64,000 nt of DNA from Eledone cirrhosa. Taxonomy: Eukaryota. The stretch spans positions 360,406,001-360,470,000 of the forward strand of contig OZ024743.1 of the NCBI GenBank assembly GCA_964016885.1, in the 5' to 3' direction. The notes below the pieces were generated by a model that saw nothing but the letters and a program-made list of their open reading frames with translations, was not told where the DNA came from and did no database searches. Position numbers and translations under genes: made by a program. Of the stretch, positions 1 to 11,471 are shown piece after piece (the first letter of the stretch is position 1; every line of letters begins with the position of its first letter).

Positions 1-363
1 TCAGCTGCCCACTTGATGTAAACGTTGTCAGAAAAATACAGGAGAAGGAGGACATCTACGGACCATTGATGAGGAGTTTACAAATCCAGTATCCAAGATA
101 CACCTTTAGCTTCATACCCATCATTATTGGAGCTATGGGTTATATACCAACCCGCTTGGACCAAAGTATGATTGAACTTGGATTTGCGGACATAGAGCGC
201 AGCTCCCTAATTTATAGTCTACAAATGGCTGCGATAGCTGGCACCTTCAAAATTTGCAAAACATTCTTGCGATTCAAGGGATGACAATTTCTTTTCTTTT
301 ACAAACTTGCCACCAGGAAGGTTGCCGGTCAAAAAAAATATACTCGAAATTAAGAGAAAGAGA

Positions 364-365
<2 letters not shown>
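1..365 (+). mobile_element. 3' end of an RLE-type (R4/Dong/CRE-like) non-LTR retrotransposon, cut by window start
   Basis: ORF ending at 284 reads ...SCPLDVNVVRKIQEKEDIYGPL...FIPIIIGAMG...; this matches the C-terminal restriction-like endonuclease pattern (K..KY..L ... PI+IGA+G). Short 3' UTR, then (TACA)n. Confidence 0.75.

Positions 366-420
<55 letters not shown>
365..420. repeat. (TACA)n microsatellite between two convergent LINE 3' ends
   Basis: Direct reading of the sequence. Confidence 0.95.
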
Positions 421-712
421 TGATGGCTGCAAACTCTGCCAAGAGTATTGCAATCGCTTGTCAGATTCAGATGTGTGACACTCGGATATGGCTTTTCAAG
501 CCTGCTAGAGACGTGCACTCCTTCCCACATTGACGACAACTATGGATCTCCCTAGCTTGAGATCCTGCATCAGGTTGCCCGTGAACCCTCACAACACTGT
601 GGAGATCATAGTTCACTGGTTCTCTTTGAACATGGCTGCAACTATGGCTCCTGAGACCAGATTTGCTCAAGCAAATCTTTCTACACTCAGGGCACTTCAA
701 TTCAATGGAGAC
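420..712 (-). mobile_element. 3' fragment of an RTE-like LINE with two C2H2-type zinc fingers
   Basis: ORF 467..760(-) contains CPECRKICLSKSGLRSHSCSH and CRQCGKECTSLAGLKSHIRVSH. It ends in GCAGCCATCA + (TGTA)n; the same terminus recurs at about 1419. The RTE at 2395-3760 ends in a similar degenerate finger. Confidence 0.55.
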
Positions 713-985
713 ACATATATATATATATAGTGTAGTGAAAAATGAGAAGATTATATGCAAAGTTGGTAGAGCACTCAGTTGAAAGCATGAGTTGAGTATA
801 GAGTTAATTTTACAACAATTACCAATCCATAGTTGAGAGCATGTGTTTTACTTAAAAAGGATTATCAACTCATGTATGGTTAGGTGTGGCTTTATGTCTA
901 CTTAGCAGTTCAATGACAACATTGATCAGGGTATGTGGATGTTGAATTATCAATTATAATTGGTATCAGACTTGAAAAATAAATT

Positions 986-1072
986 GAAATTATGTGCTGG
1001 GGTTAATATAATGAAATTATGAGCTGGGGTTAATATGATGAAATTAAAATACTGGGGTTGATCTAATGAAAT
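986..1072. repeat. Three diverged ~27-bp tandem units (GAAATTATGxGCTGGGGTTAATATxAT)
   Basis: Direct reading of the sequence. Confidence 0.7.
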
Positions 1073-1869
1073 AAATCTCTCCAAGTGGTGCCCTAGCTTC
1101 ACCAAAGTCAAATGATTAAACCAGCGAAAAAAAAAAAAAAAAAGCCCAAATTGAAAGCTGTGTAGTTTTGGAAATGATTGATGGGAAAATCAGGCATAAA
1201 AACAATATTAATGATGATTTGTTTTGTTACCCAGCAGCAACAGAAAGAAACTAAAGTTAAATAGTAGATATCAAGTTTTCTAAGTTTCAACATAAACTAT
1301 CAGTTTCAAAAGCATGTGATATGTTATATAACATATCAAGTTGGTAACTATACATACGTACATACATACATACATACATACATACATACATACATACATA
1401 CATACATACATACATACATGATGGCTGCCCCCTCGTTATCGAGTTTTGCCATTGCACGATATAACATTATTAGTAATTATCAATTAATGCTATTGTGCAA
1501 TGCCTGTACGTGAAGATTTTCTTTTTATGAGGAAAGACTGTGCTCTGAGCCAATTCCACTCTCTGAGTGACAGTAGTTATAACTCGTAAAGAAGTAACGA
1601 TCAACATCATTGGTAACTACTGATTATTTTATGTCGGAGTTATCCCAGTTTCCTGAGTTGCCTTCTAGAAGAATGCCCTGACAATGTCTAGGGGTCCTTC
1701 ATTCCAGTGGTTTAACCGCGCGATCGGGTATCCAGCCGGATTATTTCTATGTCCCCGCGAATATATACACATATGTATACATATGTATATACATATTTAT
1801 ATTTTTGGATGGTCGTTGACTCATGAGTTCTTCCGCCCTTTGTCAGGTTTTTTTTGTTGTTTTTTTCAT

Positions 1870-2395
1870 GCAGGGTGTCGAAAATCACCCTCCTCACCAA
1901 GAGATAGGGATGCAGGCAAAACACCTAGACGTTACAACAAATGCAGACTGCAGGATTAACATCGGACATTCCACCCATGTCATAAGCAGCTCTCAAAATA
2001 TGTCCTCACGTTATTATCTACCTATGTGGTATGATGTAGTGGCCAATCCGTTGATACGATAGCCCCGACAATAAACATATTGATATTTACAGCTGTGTAG
2101 AAGACATACACATACATAATATGAAAGAGTACTGGTGGAATGTTTCAGTCAAAACCCCAATAAAATGCAAGCATAATATGCCATATATAATGATATGTGA
2201 TAGGGAAAAGAAAGCAGGCACAGTTGTGGAAGTTAGCTACCCAAAAGATGCCAATATAATATTAAAGCTTAACCAAAAGGAGGATATATATGCACAACTA
2301 ATGAGGAATCTGCAGATACTCCACCCTGACCATAGCTTCAGATTTATACCCGTGATTATTGGCGCCTTGGGATATGTTAGTAACTGCCTCACACT
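1870..2395 (+). pseudogene. Degenerate zinc-knuckle + RLE fragment of an RLE-type LINE (related to 1-365)
   Basis: NKCRL...HVISS..MSSRYYLPM.YDVVA (decayed CCHC/RHD region), then KCKHNMPYIMICDREKK..VVEVSYP...KEDIYAQLMRNLQ..FRFIPVIIGALG. Confidence 0.75.
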
Positions 2396-3760
2396 TGCAC
2401 AAACACGACCTGGTCTACGTAAAACGAATAAGATGATCGTCTGTGCGAAACAACTCCTGCAGTAGGCACGTGAATAGCAGCAACCACTTTTCATCTTCTC
2501 CTGTAACCTTTGCAAAGACTTCGACAAGGTTTACGAACCGGCAATGTGGTTTGTGCTGCTTCGATTTGGCTGGCCCGATCACTTCGTCGACCTCATCATC
2601 GCGCTCCATGATTGCATGGTAGGACGCGTCGGCACGCAGAATGAACTCTCCGAACCAATCCCCTCCACTGGGGCATACAAGAGGAGTGCTGTCTGGCTCC
2701 AGCCTGGTGGGGACATGCGCTATCACCTGGACGGTGGATTCTTCAGAATGGTGCATCTGAGATCCAAAGCTAGAACAGCACAAAGTAGTCTCAAGAATTT
2801 AGAGTACGCAGATGACAATACTAACGCAACCTCCTCTGTTGCCGACATGCAGCACTGGTCGACTCCTCTCTGAGACGTGAATGTGGACAATACGAAGATA
2901 CTTGCAGGGCCTGTTCTTGGACAAGAAACACCAGAAGTTGTCACCAACATGAGGGACACGCTTTTGAAAATTGCCAACGACTTTTAATATCTCGACATCA
3001 CGCTCTCCCAGTCCGGAATATGCGAAAGAAACATTAACCACATTATCAAATCCGTTCATTCGGCTTTCGGAAGACTCAGCGAGCGCATATTCAACAGCCA
3101 CGGGCTCTCGCTCCGAATGAAACTTACGCTGTTCCATGATGTTGTCATCCCCACTTTGTTCTATGCTTTTGAGGTATGGACCCTGTTTTGAAAACGCCCC
3201 AAAAAGCTTGTGCGTTTCCAACAAGCTAAGCCTCGGCAGATCCCCCACAACAAATGGCAGGAACGTCGCACCAACAACGCATTCCTCAATCGCTCGGGTA
3301 TGCAGAGCATTGAAGCAGTCATCCTCAAGCATCGCCTCTGGTGGTCCGAACATGCCACCTAAATAGGCCCTTCATCACACTCACGGACTATCCTCTGCAT
3401 CGTTTTCGCCAAAGGTAAACGATATCATGGAGCCCCAGAGGGCAGATTCAAAGATCAACTGAAGTTGTCCCTCCTTCAAGCCATAATCAGCCTTAACAAC
3501 TAAGAAACAGACGCCACCGACCGTCCATAATGGTAAAGAGCAATTCATTTTGTTTTTCCACTTTCGAGGAAAAGAGAAGGACTAAAGAAGGTTTTTAAAA
3601 GAAGGCAACGCAAGGGCTGGCAACTTATGCCAAGAACATCACTCACCCTGCCATGTGATCAAGGCTCGAGATTGTTCCACTCCCGACTTGGCGTTCTCAG
3701 TTGTGTCAGGTGCAAGCATCGTGGAGGCGCCAGATGAACCAATGGTGCCGATGACGAGGA
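2395..3760 (+). pseudogene. Degenerate 5'-truncated RTE-clade LINE (RT and C-terminus)
   Basis: Frameshifted RT motifs: MIVCAKQLLQ (DMIFxARQLQ-like), FAKTFDKV, LRFGWPDHFVDLIIALHD, LEYADD, SAFGRLSERIF, and a terminal degenerate C2H2. Confidence 0.8.
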
Positions 3761-4904
3761 TCTTTTGACTGCGGTAATTCTAAAGTACTTGTCTTTTGTT
3801 GAACTGGAAAGAATCATTAGATGTTAAATACACACACACACGCTCACACACACATACACACACCACACACACACACATATATATATATACACACACACAT
3901 AAGCAATGGTCTTCCGCCCAATTTGTGTCAATCGAATACTATTAACAAGGCAATGGTTAGTATAAGACGCTACCCATGTTGCATGGAGGTGGGTTTTATT
4001 CCAACATTTCAATCGTACCCTAGGGCGTCCCAGTAAGCCCTGGGTGTCAGTATCAACCATATTGATGACCTCTCCTTTAGTATTTTATGAGATAAATTAT
4101 CTGAAACCTGAGATTTCTTTTCTGGGTGTCAACATAATTTGTATAGTTACTCATAGTCTAAGAGAGTTTTCAATGATTTTGAATAGTGGTTTGCCAGAAA
4201 ATTGTAAGTGTAAATTTTGAAAAAATAATCTATTTTTGGATGAACAATGAAGCATAAAAAAGTACATTATTCCGACATCTTCTGTTGCATTGACATCATT
4301 TAAAGAGAAAAGCAAAACAGGTAAAATATAGTAAAATAAAATAATATTTATGAAAATAAAATCAACACCGTTTTCCATCAGCGACTAGTCATTCTTTTAG
4401 AAAAGAAAACTAGTGGTTTTTTTTCTGTTTTGCTCTATTCATTTTTGTTTTATGTTATTGGAGAAATTATAGTTTCTTTCTTTTACTTTTATACCGAAAT
4501 TTCCCCTTGACAGCTCTCAACCATCAACATTATTTTTTAGTGAGTAATTTAACTGAAACAACTATTTCAGGACACTTTTCATGTAAATAACACAATTTAC
4601 AAGTCAATAATATGAACTAAGCTAAAAAGCCATTTTCTTGTTATGTACCACAATTTCTTTCTCTATTCGGTAGGTTTAGTGATTTGAGGAAACAAAATAT
4701 AGGAAATTATTTGAACAAAAGGAGTATATACAATTCATTTCAGCAAAAATCAACAACAACAACAACAACAACAAAATCATAATGATATAGTTCTCCTCTC
4801 GCGAGACCTGTCTTAACGTTGTTTCAAATGTACAGGAATTTAATTGAATACAAAGGTATTGCGAACGATGCCTCTCAAAAACAACGGGCCAGTGTATTAT
4901 TTTT

Positions 4905-5116
4905 GTCAGTATCAATAGACCGTCAGACACCATGCTTTGCAGTATAGAGTTATGGCCTTTACGTTCTGAGTTCAAATCCCGCCGCGGCTAACTTTGCCTT
5001 TAATCCTTACGGGGTCGATAAAATATTGCACCAGTAATGCCCTGGGGTAATTGTTGGCCTTGTGCAAAAAGTAGAAACATTATTATTATGATTATTATTA
5101 TTATCATTATTATTAT
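4905..5116 (+). mobile_element. tRNA-derived SINE, family A
   Basis: B-box-like GAGTTCAAATCC, central GCCTTTxATCCTTACGGGGTCGATAAAAT, 3' GGCCTTGTGC..AGTAGAAAC + (ATT)n. Nine or more copies in the window. Confidence 0.85.
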
Positions 5117-5537
5117 TTTCAATTTCTTTATATTTTTTTGTTTCTACTTCATGTTTTATATTTCTTTTATTACTGACATTGTCTTATGTTCGGTTATTCA
5201 CCCCAAATTCTAGGTGTCTGCTTCAAGATTACCCGCCATTATTCTTCTGTGTGTCTTACTTTTCGATAGGACCATCACTCATATCTCTATCATTTGGAAT
5301 ATTTATGATTATAAAGGTGTGGGAGGTTGCGGTGGTCTCGAGGGTATTAGCAAGAGGTCATTGACCAGAGACTCCATTTCCCTTTCAGCCGTTAGCCTGC
5401 GCCAGGTACTGTTGGCAACAATTTTATAATATTCGTCAATGGACTTTTTTGTTTTTACGACGGAATTTCTCATCATGCCACAGTAAGATGTCACTGCCCG
5501 TGATGTCAGCAACGGAGGGAAATGGTAGAAGTGTGGG

Positions 5538-5653
<116 letters not shown>

Positions 5654-5859
5654 GTAAGTGGTGCACTAGCCGCCAAAAGATATGATACAGTTATATCTGT
5701 ATAGATACAGAACGCATAACCCACACTGCATCAACGTGTATAAGTATATACTCATATATAATTTGTAGGCAGGTACACATGCCAGGAAATACGAATACCC
5801 CTGTAACTGACAGCAGACCTCGTGTATTCCTAATAATGTCAGCCAGGTCATAAGACGAC

Positions 5860-7340
5860 TACAAGAGAGATACAGTAGACAATTTCAGGGCCATAACTCT
5901 GTTAAACACAGAGTTTAAGATTTGTGCCCAGCTGCTAGCGAAGAGGTGGGGGATTGTCTTCGAGTGTTTAGTGGAGGAGGCGCAAACTTGCATAATCCTG
6001 ACCTGGTCAACGCACGACATCTTCCAGCTCGTGGTATACATCATAGAGAGGTTAGGTTGTAACCCTGGCTTCGGTTGGGCTCTGAGCAATTTAGATCAAT
6101 CGCAAAATTTCGATAGGTTCAACCATCCTTCCATACTTAGAAGCTGCCCACAAGGCAGCTGGCGTTGGTCCCACGTTCAGAGTCTGAAATGCAAATCGGG
6201 ATCTGCTCAGTGGTAAACCATAATGGCCATCTTTCGGAACCCTTTCAGATCTCCCGATCGGTCGGTCAAGCGTGCCCTCTCTTCCCCCGTCTGTATGTAT
6301 TTACTGTCAAGCCTTTACTACGGAAGATGGAGCTGTTGCAGGGCATCTCACTCGAACTGGGACACGGAAGAGCCGTGTCGGCATACGTGGGTGACATCAC
6401 CGTGATATTGTCGAACATGTCGGAAATCGAAGTCGTCGGTACCCCCTTAGAGAAATAGTGGACGGGAGCAACAACTAAATCGGGAAAAGTTGGTGGGCTT
6501 GCAGCTCGGCACCAGGAGAGGCAAGTCCGTGCCGTCCAACAGCGTCGTCGGGCGCTGCAGTGAGAGACCTATAAAGTTGCTCGGTTTTGTTTGGGCCAGA
6601 CATCCAGGTGGATAAGAATTGGGACGAGGTGACAATCAGGGTAGCCACTTCCCGAGAAATGGGTCAATAGGAAGCTTTCCCTGAAATGTCGGTAAAGGTG
6701 GTGAAGGCGTACATCGCGTCCGCCATATACCACCGCCTGACCGTCGAGCCTTGGCCTCGCTGGCGCCTCGCCAAACATATGGAGTTTTGTCAACAGCTGT
6801 TATCGCATGTGGGAAGGATCGGTCTATCGGACGAGTCAATAGTGAAAATCACCCCACTGCCTTCTTTTGGCCGAGAAGAGCAGGCAGTTTTCCTCTGTAT
6901 GAGAGCTGTGGCGAAAGAGGCTTTGTGGTGGAAGCGACTGAAAAGCCAAGCCCTCGTCAACTTATTCAAGTTCCACTTGGAAAGGAGGATAAGGGTGGAG
7001 AGAGAAATGCTTTCCTTCAGAACATTTTTTAAAAGGTGGGTGAATGTTGCGAGGATGGCTCTTGTGAACCGAACCACTCTGAACATGCTCCTGTAGGCTG
7101 GAAAGATGGAGGAAAAGAGGGGTACCCCCATAGGGAGCTCTTGGAGAGGAGAGTGGGTTGGGATTTGGGGGTTTTCTAACGTTACCCCTACGCGGTATCC
7201 CCCTACCCCCTATTGGGGATTTCTGTTGTTGATTTTTTTTGTTTTGTTCATTTTTCACTCATATTATCGTAAAACCCCACTCTCCCCGACTTATGCATTG
7301 TCTTCTATGTTCGGCACTTGTAACCAACAATAAGAAAATC
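5860..7340 (+). pseudogene. Degenerate, internally deleted 3' part of a Tx1/L1-clade LINE (relative of 34574-40380)
   Basis: DNFRAITLLNTEFKI, EEAQTCII, LDQSQNFDRFNH, RSVGQACPL, SAYVGDITV, AVAKEALWWKRLK; colinear with ORF2 of the element at 34574-40380. Confidence 0.85.
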
Positions 7341-7346
7341 ATTATT

Positions 7347-7534
7347 GTGGATTGGCAGTATAGGAAGGTGTCAGACACCATGCTTTTCAGCGTAGAGTTA
7401 TGTCCCTTTACGTTCTGGGGTCAAATCCCACCGATGTTCGCTTTGCTGCTCATCCTTACGGGGTCGATTACATAAAGCAACAGTAATGCACTGGGGTAAT
7501 TCCTGGACTTGTGCCAACAGTAGAAACAATTATT
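7347..7534 (+). mobile_element. tRNA-derived SINE, family A
   Basis: GTGGATTGGCAGTAT head, TCAAATCCC, CATCCTTACGGGGTCGAT core, TAGAAACAATTATT end. Confidence 0.85.
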
Positions 7535-7549
7535 TTGAGCACCCTACTT

Positions 7550-7725
7550 CGCGGCATAGATTTACACCCCTTTACGTTATGAGTTCAAATCCCACCGAAG
7601 TTAACTTTGCCTTTCATCCTTACAGAGTATAAAAATTATACGCACTTGGTTCAATTTAATCGACATTCCCCTCCCCCAAAAATTGCCGGCCTTGTGCCTA
7701 AATCAGAAACCATCATTATTATTAT
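7550..7725 (+). mobile_element. 5'-truncated SINE, family A (longer 3' variant)
   Basis: GAGTTCAAATCCCACCGAAGTTAACTTTGCCTTTCATCC ... GGCCTTGTGCCTAAATCAGAAAC. Confidence 0.75.
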
Positions 7726-8103
7726 TTCTTTTTTGTTTTATTAATATTGTTTTCATTACAACTAATACTTCTGCTGATGCCACTACTATTTTCTAAACGA
7801 ATTACTAAAACAATTGCTACTATTTTGGCATATTTCGTTTGTGTATATGTATGTGTATATGTTTGTGTGGGTGTGCGTATATGTGTATGTATATGTATAG
7901 ATATGGCAACATGATTGAATCTGTTATTTTTATTTCAAAACATTTTGCCGATTCTGGTCTGGCCGTCTCTTCAATCTTTCTAATTTCTCTTACTTTATTC
8001 TGATAAAGGGCTAGCGTCCGAAACATTAAGGCAATCTTCCTAAGCGATAAAATAATACATTCTTTACATTTAATGTACCGTTAGTGCTGCTATTTCTGTT
8101 TAC

Positions 8104-8160
<57 letters not shown>

Positions 8161-8216
8161 TTATATATATATATACTGTATATATAGATATATATATATA
8201 TATATATACTGTATAT

Positions 8217-8262
<46 letters not shown>

Positions 8263-8271
8263 TTATATATT

Positions 8272-8304
<33 letters not shown>

Positions 8305-8574
8305 CCTATCTTTTGAAATTCTTCTCCACTTAAAGAATTATCTCCGTGTCTTGCAATACCTCTTCCCTACATCTCCACCTCCTACACACACGGTCTAACC
8401 CACTACTTGATAATTGCTACTGTCTCGCTACTGCCTTTCTCAACTTCAGAGAAATCTATAAATATCAACGACTTACAGTGACACCCAGCATTCCTGATAA
8501 TTTCATACGAAGGTAACATTTCTAGTCCTGTAGAAGCCATTTCTGTATTAGATATATACATATATACATACATA

Positions 8575-8732
8575 CATGGACAAACTGGAAGAGGAAGACC
8601 AAGGTTAACGTATGCTGATGCCCTAAGGACAGACACTGGTCTATTGGAGACGCAGGATATGGCAGCAGTAATGAGGGACAGAGACCGCTGGAGAGAACTC
8701 GTCCATGGATCTCGGGAATTTTACCCGCCCTA

Positions 8733-8733
<1 letters not shown>
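8575..8733 (+). mobile_element. Short 3'-terminal fragment of an RTE-clade LINE within (TA)n
   Basis: Translates HGQTGRGRPRLTYADALRTDTGLLETQDMAAVMRDRDRWRELV..stop, the typical GRP...DR..W RTE C-terminus. Followed by (TA)n at 8735-8792. Confidence 0.8.
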
Positions 8734-8797
<64 letters not shown>

Positions 8798-8932
8798 TAA
8801 CAGATTAAAGTTTAAGCAAAGATACGCTGGATCTTCTGAAACTAAAAAAATCAATCTGTAAACGCAGAAGTAAATATTTCGAAAAAGTTGCAACCGAAGG
8901 AAAACAGTTAGACGATAATTTGCTTCGGCGAT

Positions 8933-9200
8933 ACGTTTTCTGGCAATGAACGCTAAAAAGCGAATATAATACGTCATTATTTGGAGCGGAGATAACAATT
9001 ACACGCAAAGACAAAACCACGTTTATGGTATAAAATAAGTCGTAGACAAATATTCTAATGTAGGTGGTTCGTGGAGACGTTCCCTGGCAATGAACGGAAA
9101 AAAGCGAAGATAATACATCATTTTGTGGACGCTGAGAACAATTACACGCAAAGACAAAGCCAAGCTTATGTTATAAATGAAGTCGTAGACTAATATTCTA
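8933..9200. repeat. Diverged tandem duplication, period ~145 bp
   Basis: ACGTT..CTGGCAATGAACG..AAAAAGCGAA...ACAATTACACGCAAAGACAAA...AAGTCGTAGAC.AATATTCTA at 8933 and 9078. Confidence 0.85.
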
Positions 9201-9863
9201 TTTAGGAAACCGAATGATTCTCGGCTTCAGAGTTAAGAATAATGTAAATAAATTACAGAGATTATGCAAATCAACAATAATTAAATATATACATACACGC
9301 ATCCAAATACGTACACACACATGCATACGCGAAAACACCCTCCATGGTATGCATATACAAGCACGTACACAAAAATACGCGCAACATATGTACCCTTACG
9401 CATACGGACATGTATACACCAAATACACATAAAACATATAATATATATATATATATATGTGTGTGTGCATGTATACATACAATTATATAAACTTATATAA
9501 ATATACACACATAAATACGTATATAACGCACGCGCACACACACCTACAGGTAAATACACATATGTTCGCTAAACGACGTCAACCAAAACACGAAGTAAAC
9601 CCTACATACGTGCAAACCCGCCTACACGCACAAACGCAAAATACACATATACACATAACCATATACACATGTACCAGTATTTGTAATATAATATAATATA
9701 TACACCTATAACAAATAGAAGCAAATATGCGTACGAGAAAGTATACGTACCTTTACAAAACATACGGGTAATATATACTTACCTATACACATAAGTAATG
9801 GTATAAACATAAAATATACTTAGCTACCACATGAAGACGTAAATGATCCGCGTATTGTTCGTA

Positions 9864-10547
9864 CTATCCGTTAGGGTATAATGTGGGGCTGTAATACAGG
9901 AAAGTTTTATGCAATTTATGTTTACAAGCCGGAATTGCCTCACATTTTTTGTTTAAGATGTAGTCATTGACGTAGAGTATTTCCAGGGCCTCAGCGGCGC
10001 AGAGGTCGCATTGTCTTTTATTTTCGTAATAGCATCTAGCCCTAGCTAGGATCTCCCAGTGTAACCTATATTGGGTGTGGGTGTCTTTTAGACTCCAGAT
10101 ATAAGCTGAAAGTGACGTCATATTCCTTCTTAAAGCGTTAAGAAAAGAATGGGTGTGCATGTAAAGACGCTGCTTGAATCTATTGGTGGTTAACCCTGTG
10201 TAGGCCCTACGGGACGTGGGTGTTTCGACCTTACATTTGAAGACAATGTTACTGGAGAGGAATTTCCCGGATAGGGCGCAGTCAACCCGATTCCTACAAT
10301 TACAGTTAGTACTTGCTACAGGGTTGCACCTGTTCCTGCGGATAGGTGATTTAGCGAAATATGAAGCAGTGATGTTATGTGCAAGGTTAGGAGTCGTAGA
10401 GTAAGACATTTAATGGTATTTCTATTAAAAATGTTATTATATTTATGTGCTGGGGGAAATGCTTCTTAATAAGGGAGAGAAAGATCTTAGCTAATGGTGT
10501 GGCCACCTCCATACTATTAGGTGGGTTATACCATATAACGCGTCGGG

Positions 10548-10548
<1 letters not shown>
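9864..10548 (-). pseudogene. Penelope-like element 3' part: linker + GIY-YIG endonuclease (frameshifted, 5' truncated at (TA)n)
   Basis: RRVIWYNPP...FLSLIKKHFP, then SYSTTPNL..CNCRNRVDCALSGKF..IVFKCKV..YTGLT..FKQRLYMH..WEILARA..CDLC..E..LNKK. Confidence 0.85.
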
Positions 10549-10590
<42 letters not shown>

Positions 10591-10640
10591 CTGTAAAAAA
10601 TGAAATTTCATTTCTCACTCTTAGTACGGCTGATACTTAA

Positions 10641-10995
10641 ATATAAGTATGTATACGTACATACATATATGTATACAGACGTACAGTAGTATGTGTAACC
10701 ATACATACATGTACATATATATATATATATGTACGTATGGGTTTACCGAACATTTATTATAATGTTCGGTTTGTTTGTAAACAAACTGCCCGAATTAAGC
10801 CGTACAGAGTGAGGAATGAAATTCGATGGTTGCCGAACACTCTACGGCTTAATTCGGGCTGTTTGTTTACAAACAAACCGAACATTATAATAAATGCTCG
10901 GTAAACCCATACGTACATATATATATGTCTACATGTATTTATGATTATACATACTACTGTACGTCAGTATATATATATGTGTGTACGTATACATA

Positions 10996-11002
<7 letters not shown>
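10641..11002. repeat. Fold-back inverted repeat, ~165-bp arms, ~26-nt spacer
   Basis: 10641-10811 is the reverse complement of 10838-11002 (e.g. GTACGTATGGGTTTACCGAACATTTATTATAATGTTCGGTTTGTTTGTAAACAAAC / GTTTGTTTACAAACAAACCGAACATTATAATAAATGCTCGGTAAACCCATACGTAC). Confidence 0.9.
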
Positions 11003-11043
<41 letters not shown>

Positions 11044-11099
11044 AACGTGGTATCGAATAAGTGTTTTGAGAATTTAGCTTTTTGACTGTCTCAAACATT

Positions 11100-11290
11100 T
11101 CGATTGGTATCTGCTATACTGAGGCTAGAACTTCTTTAACGGCATAGGTACGTCCCTTTACGTGCTGAATTCAAATCCCGCCGAAGTTCGCTTTGACATT
11201 CACTCTTACGGGGTCGACAAAATAAAGTACCTGTAATGCACTGGGGTCAATTAAATCGATATTTCCGTGTCCGCAAAATTGTTTTCCGTG
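11100..11290 (+). mobile_element. tRNA-derived SINE, family A (diverged)
   Basis: GAATTCAAATCCCGCCGAAG, CTTACGGGGTCGACAAAATAAAGTACC, GCACTGGGGTCAATTAAATCGA. Confidence 0.75.
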
Positions 11291-11302
11291 TCAAAAACCA
11301 TC

Positions 11303-11471
<169 letters not shown>

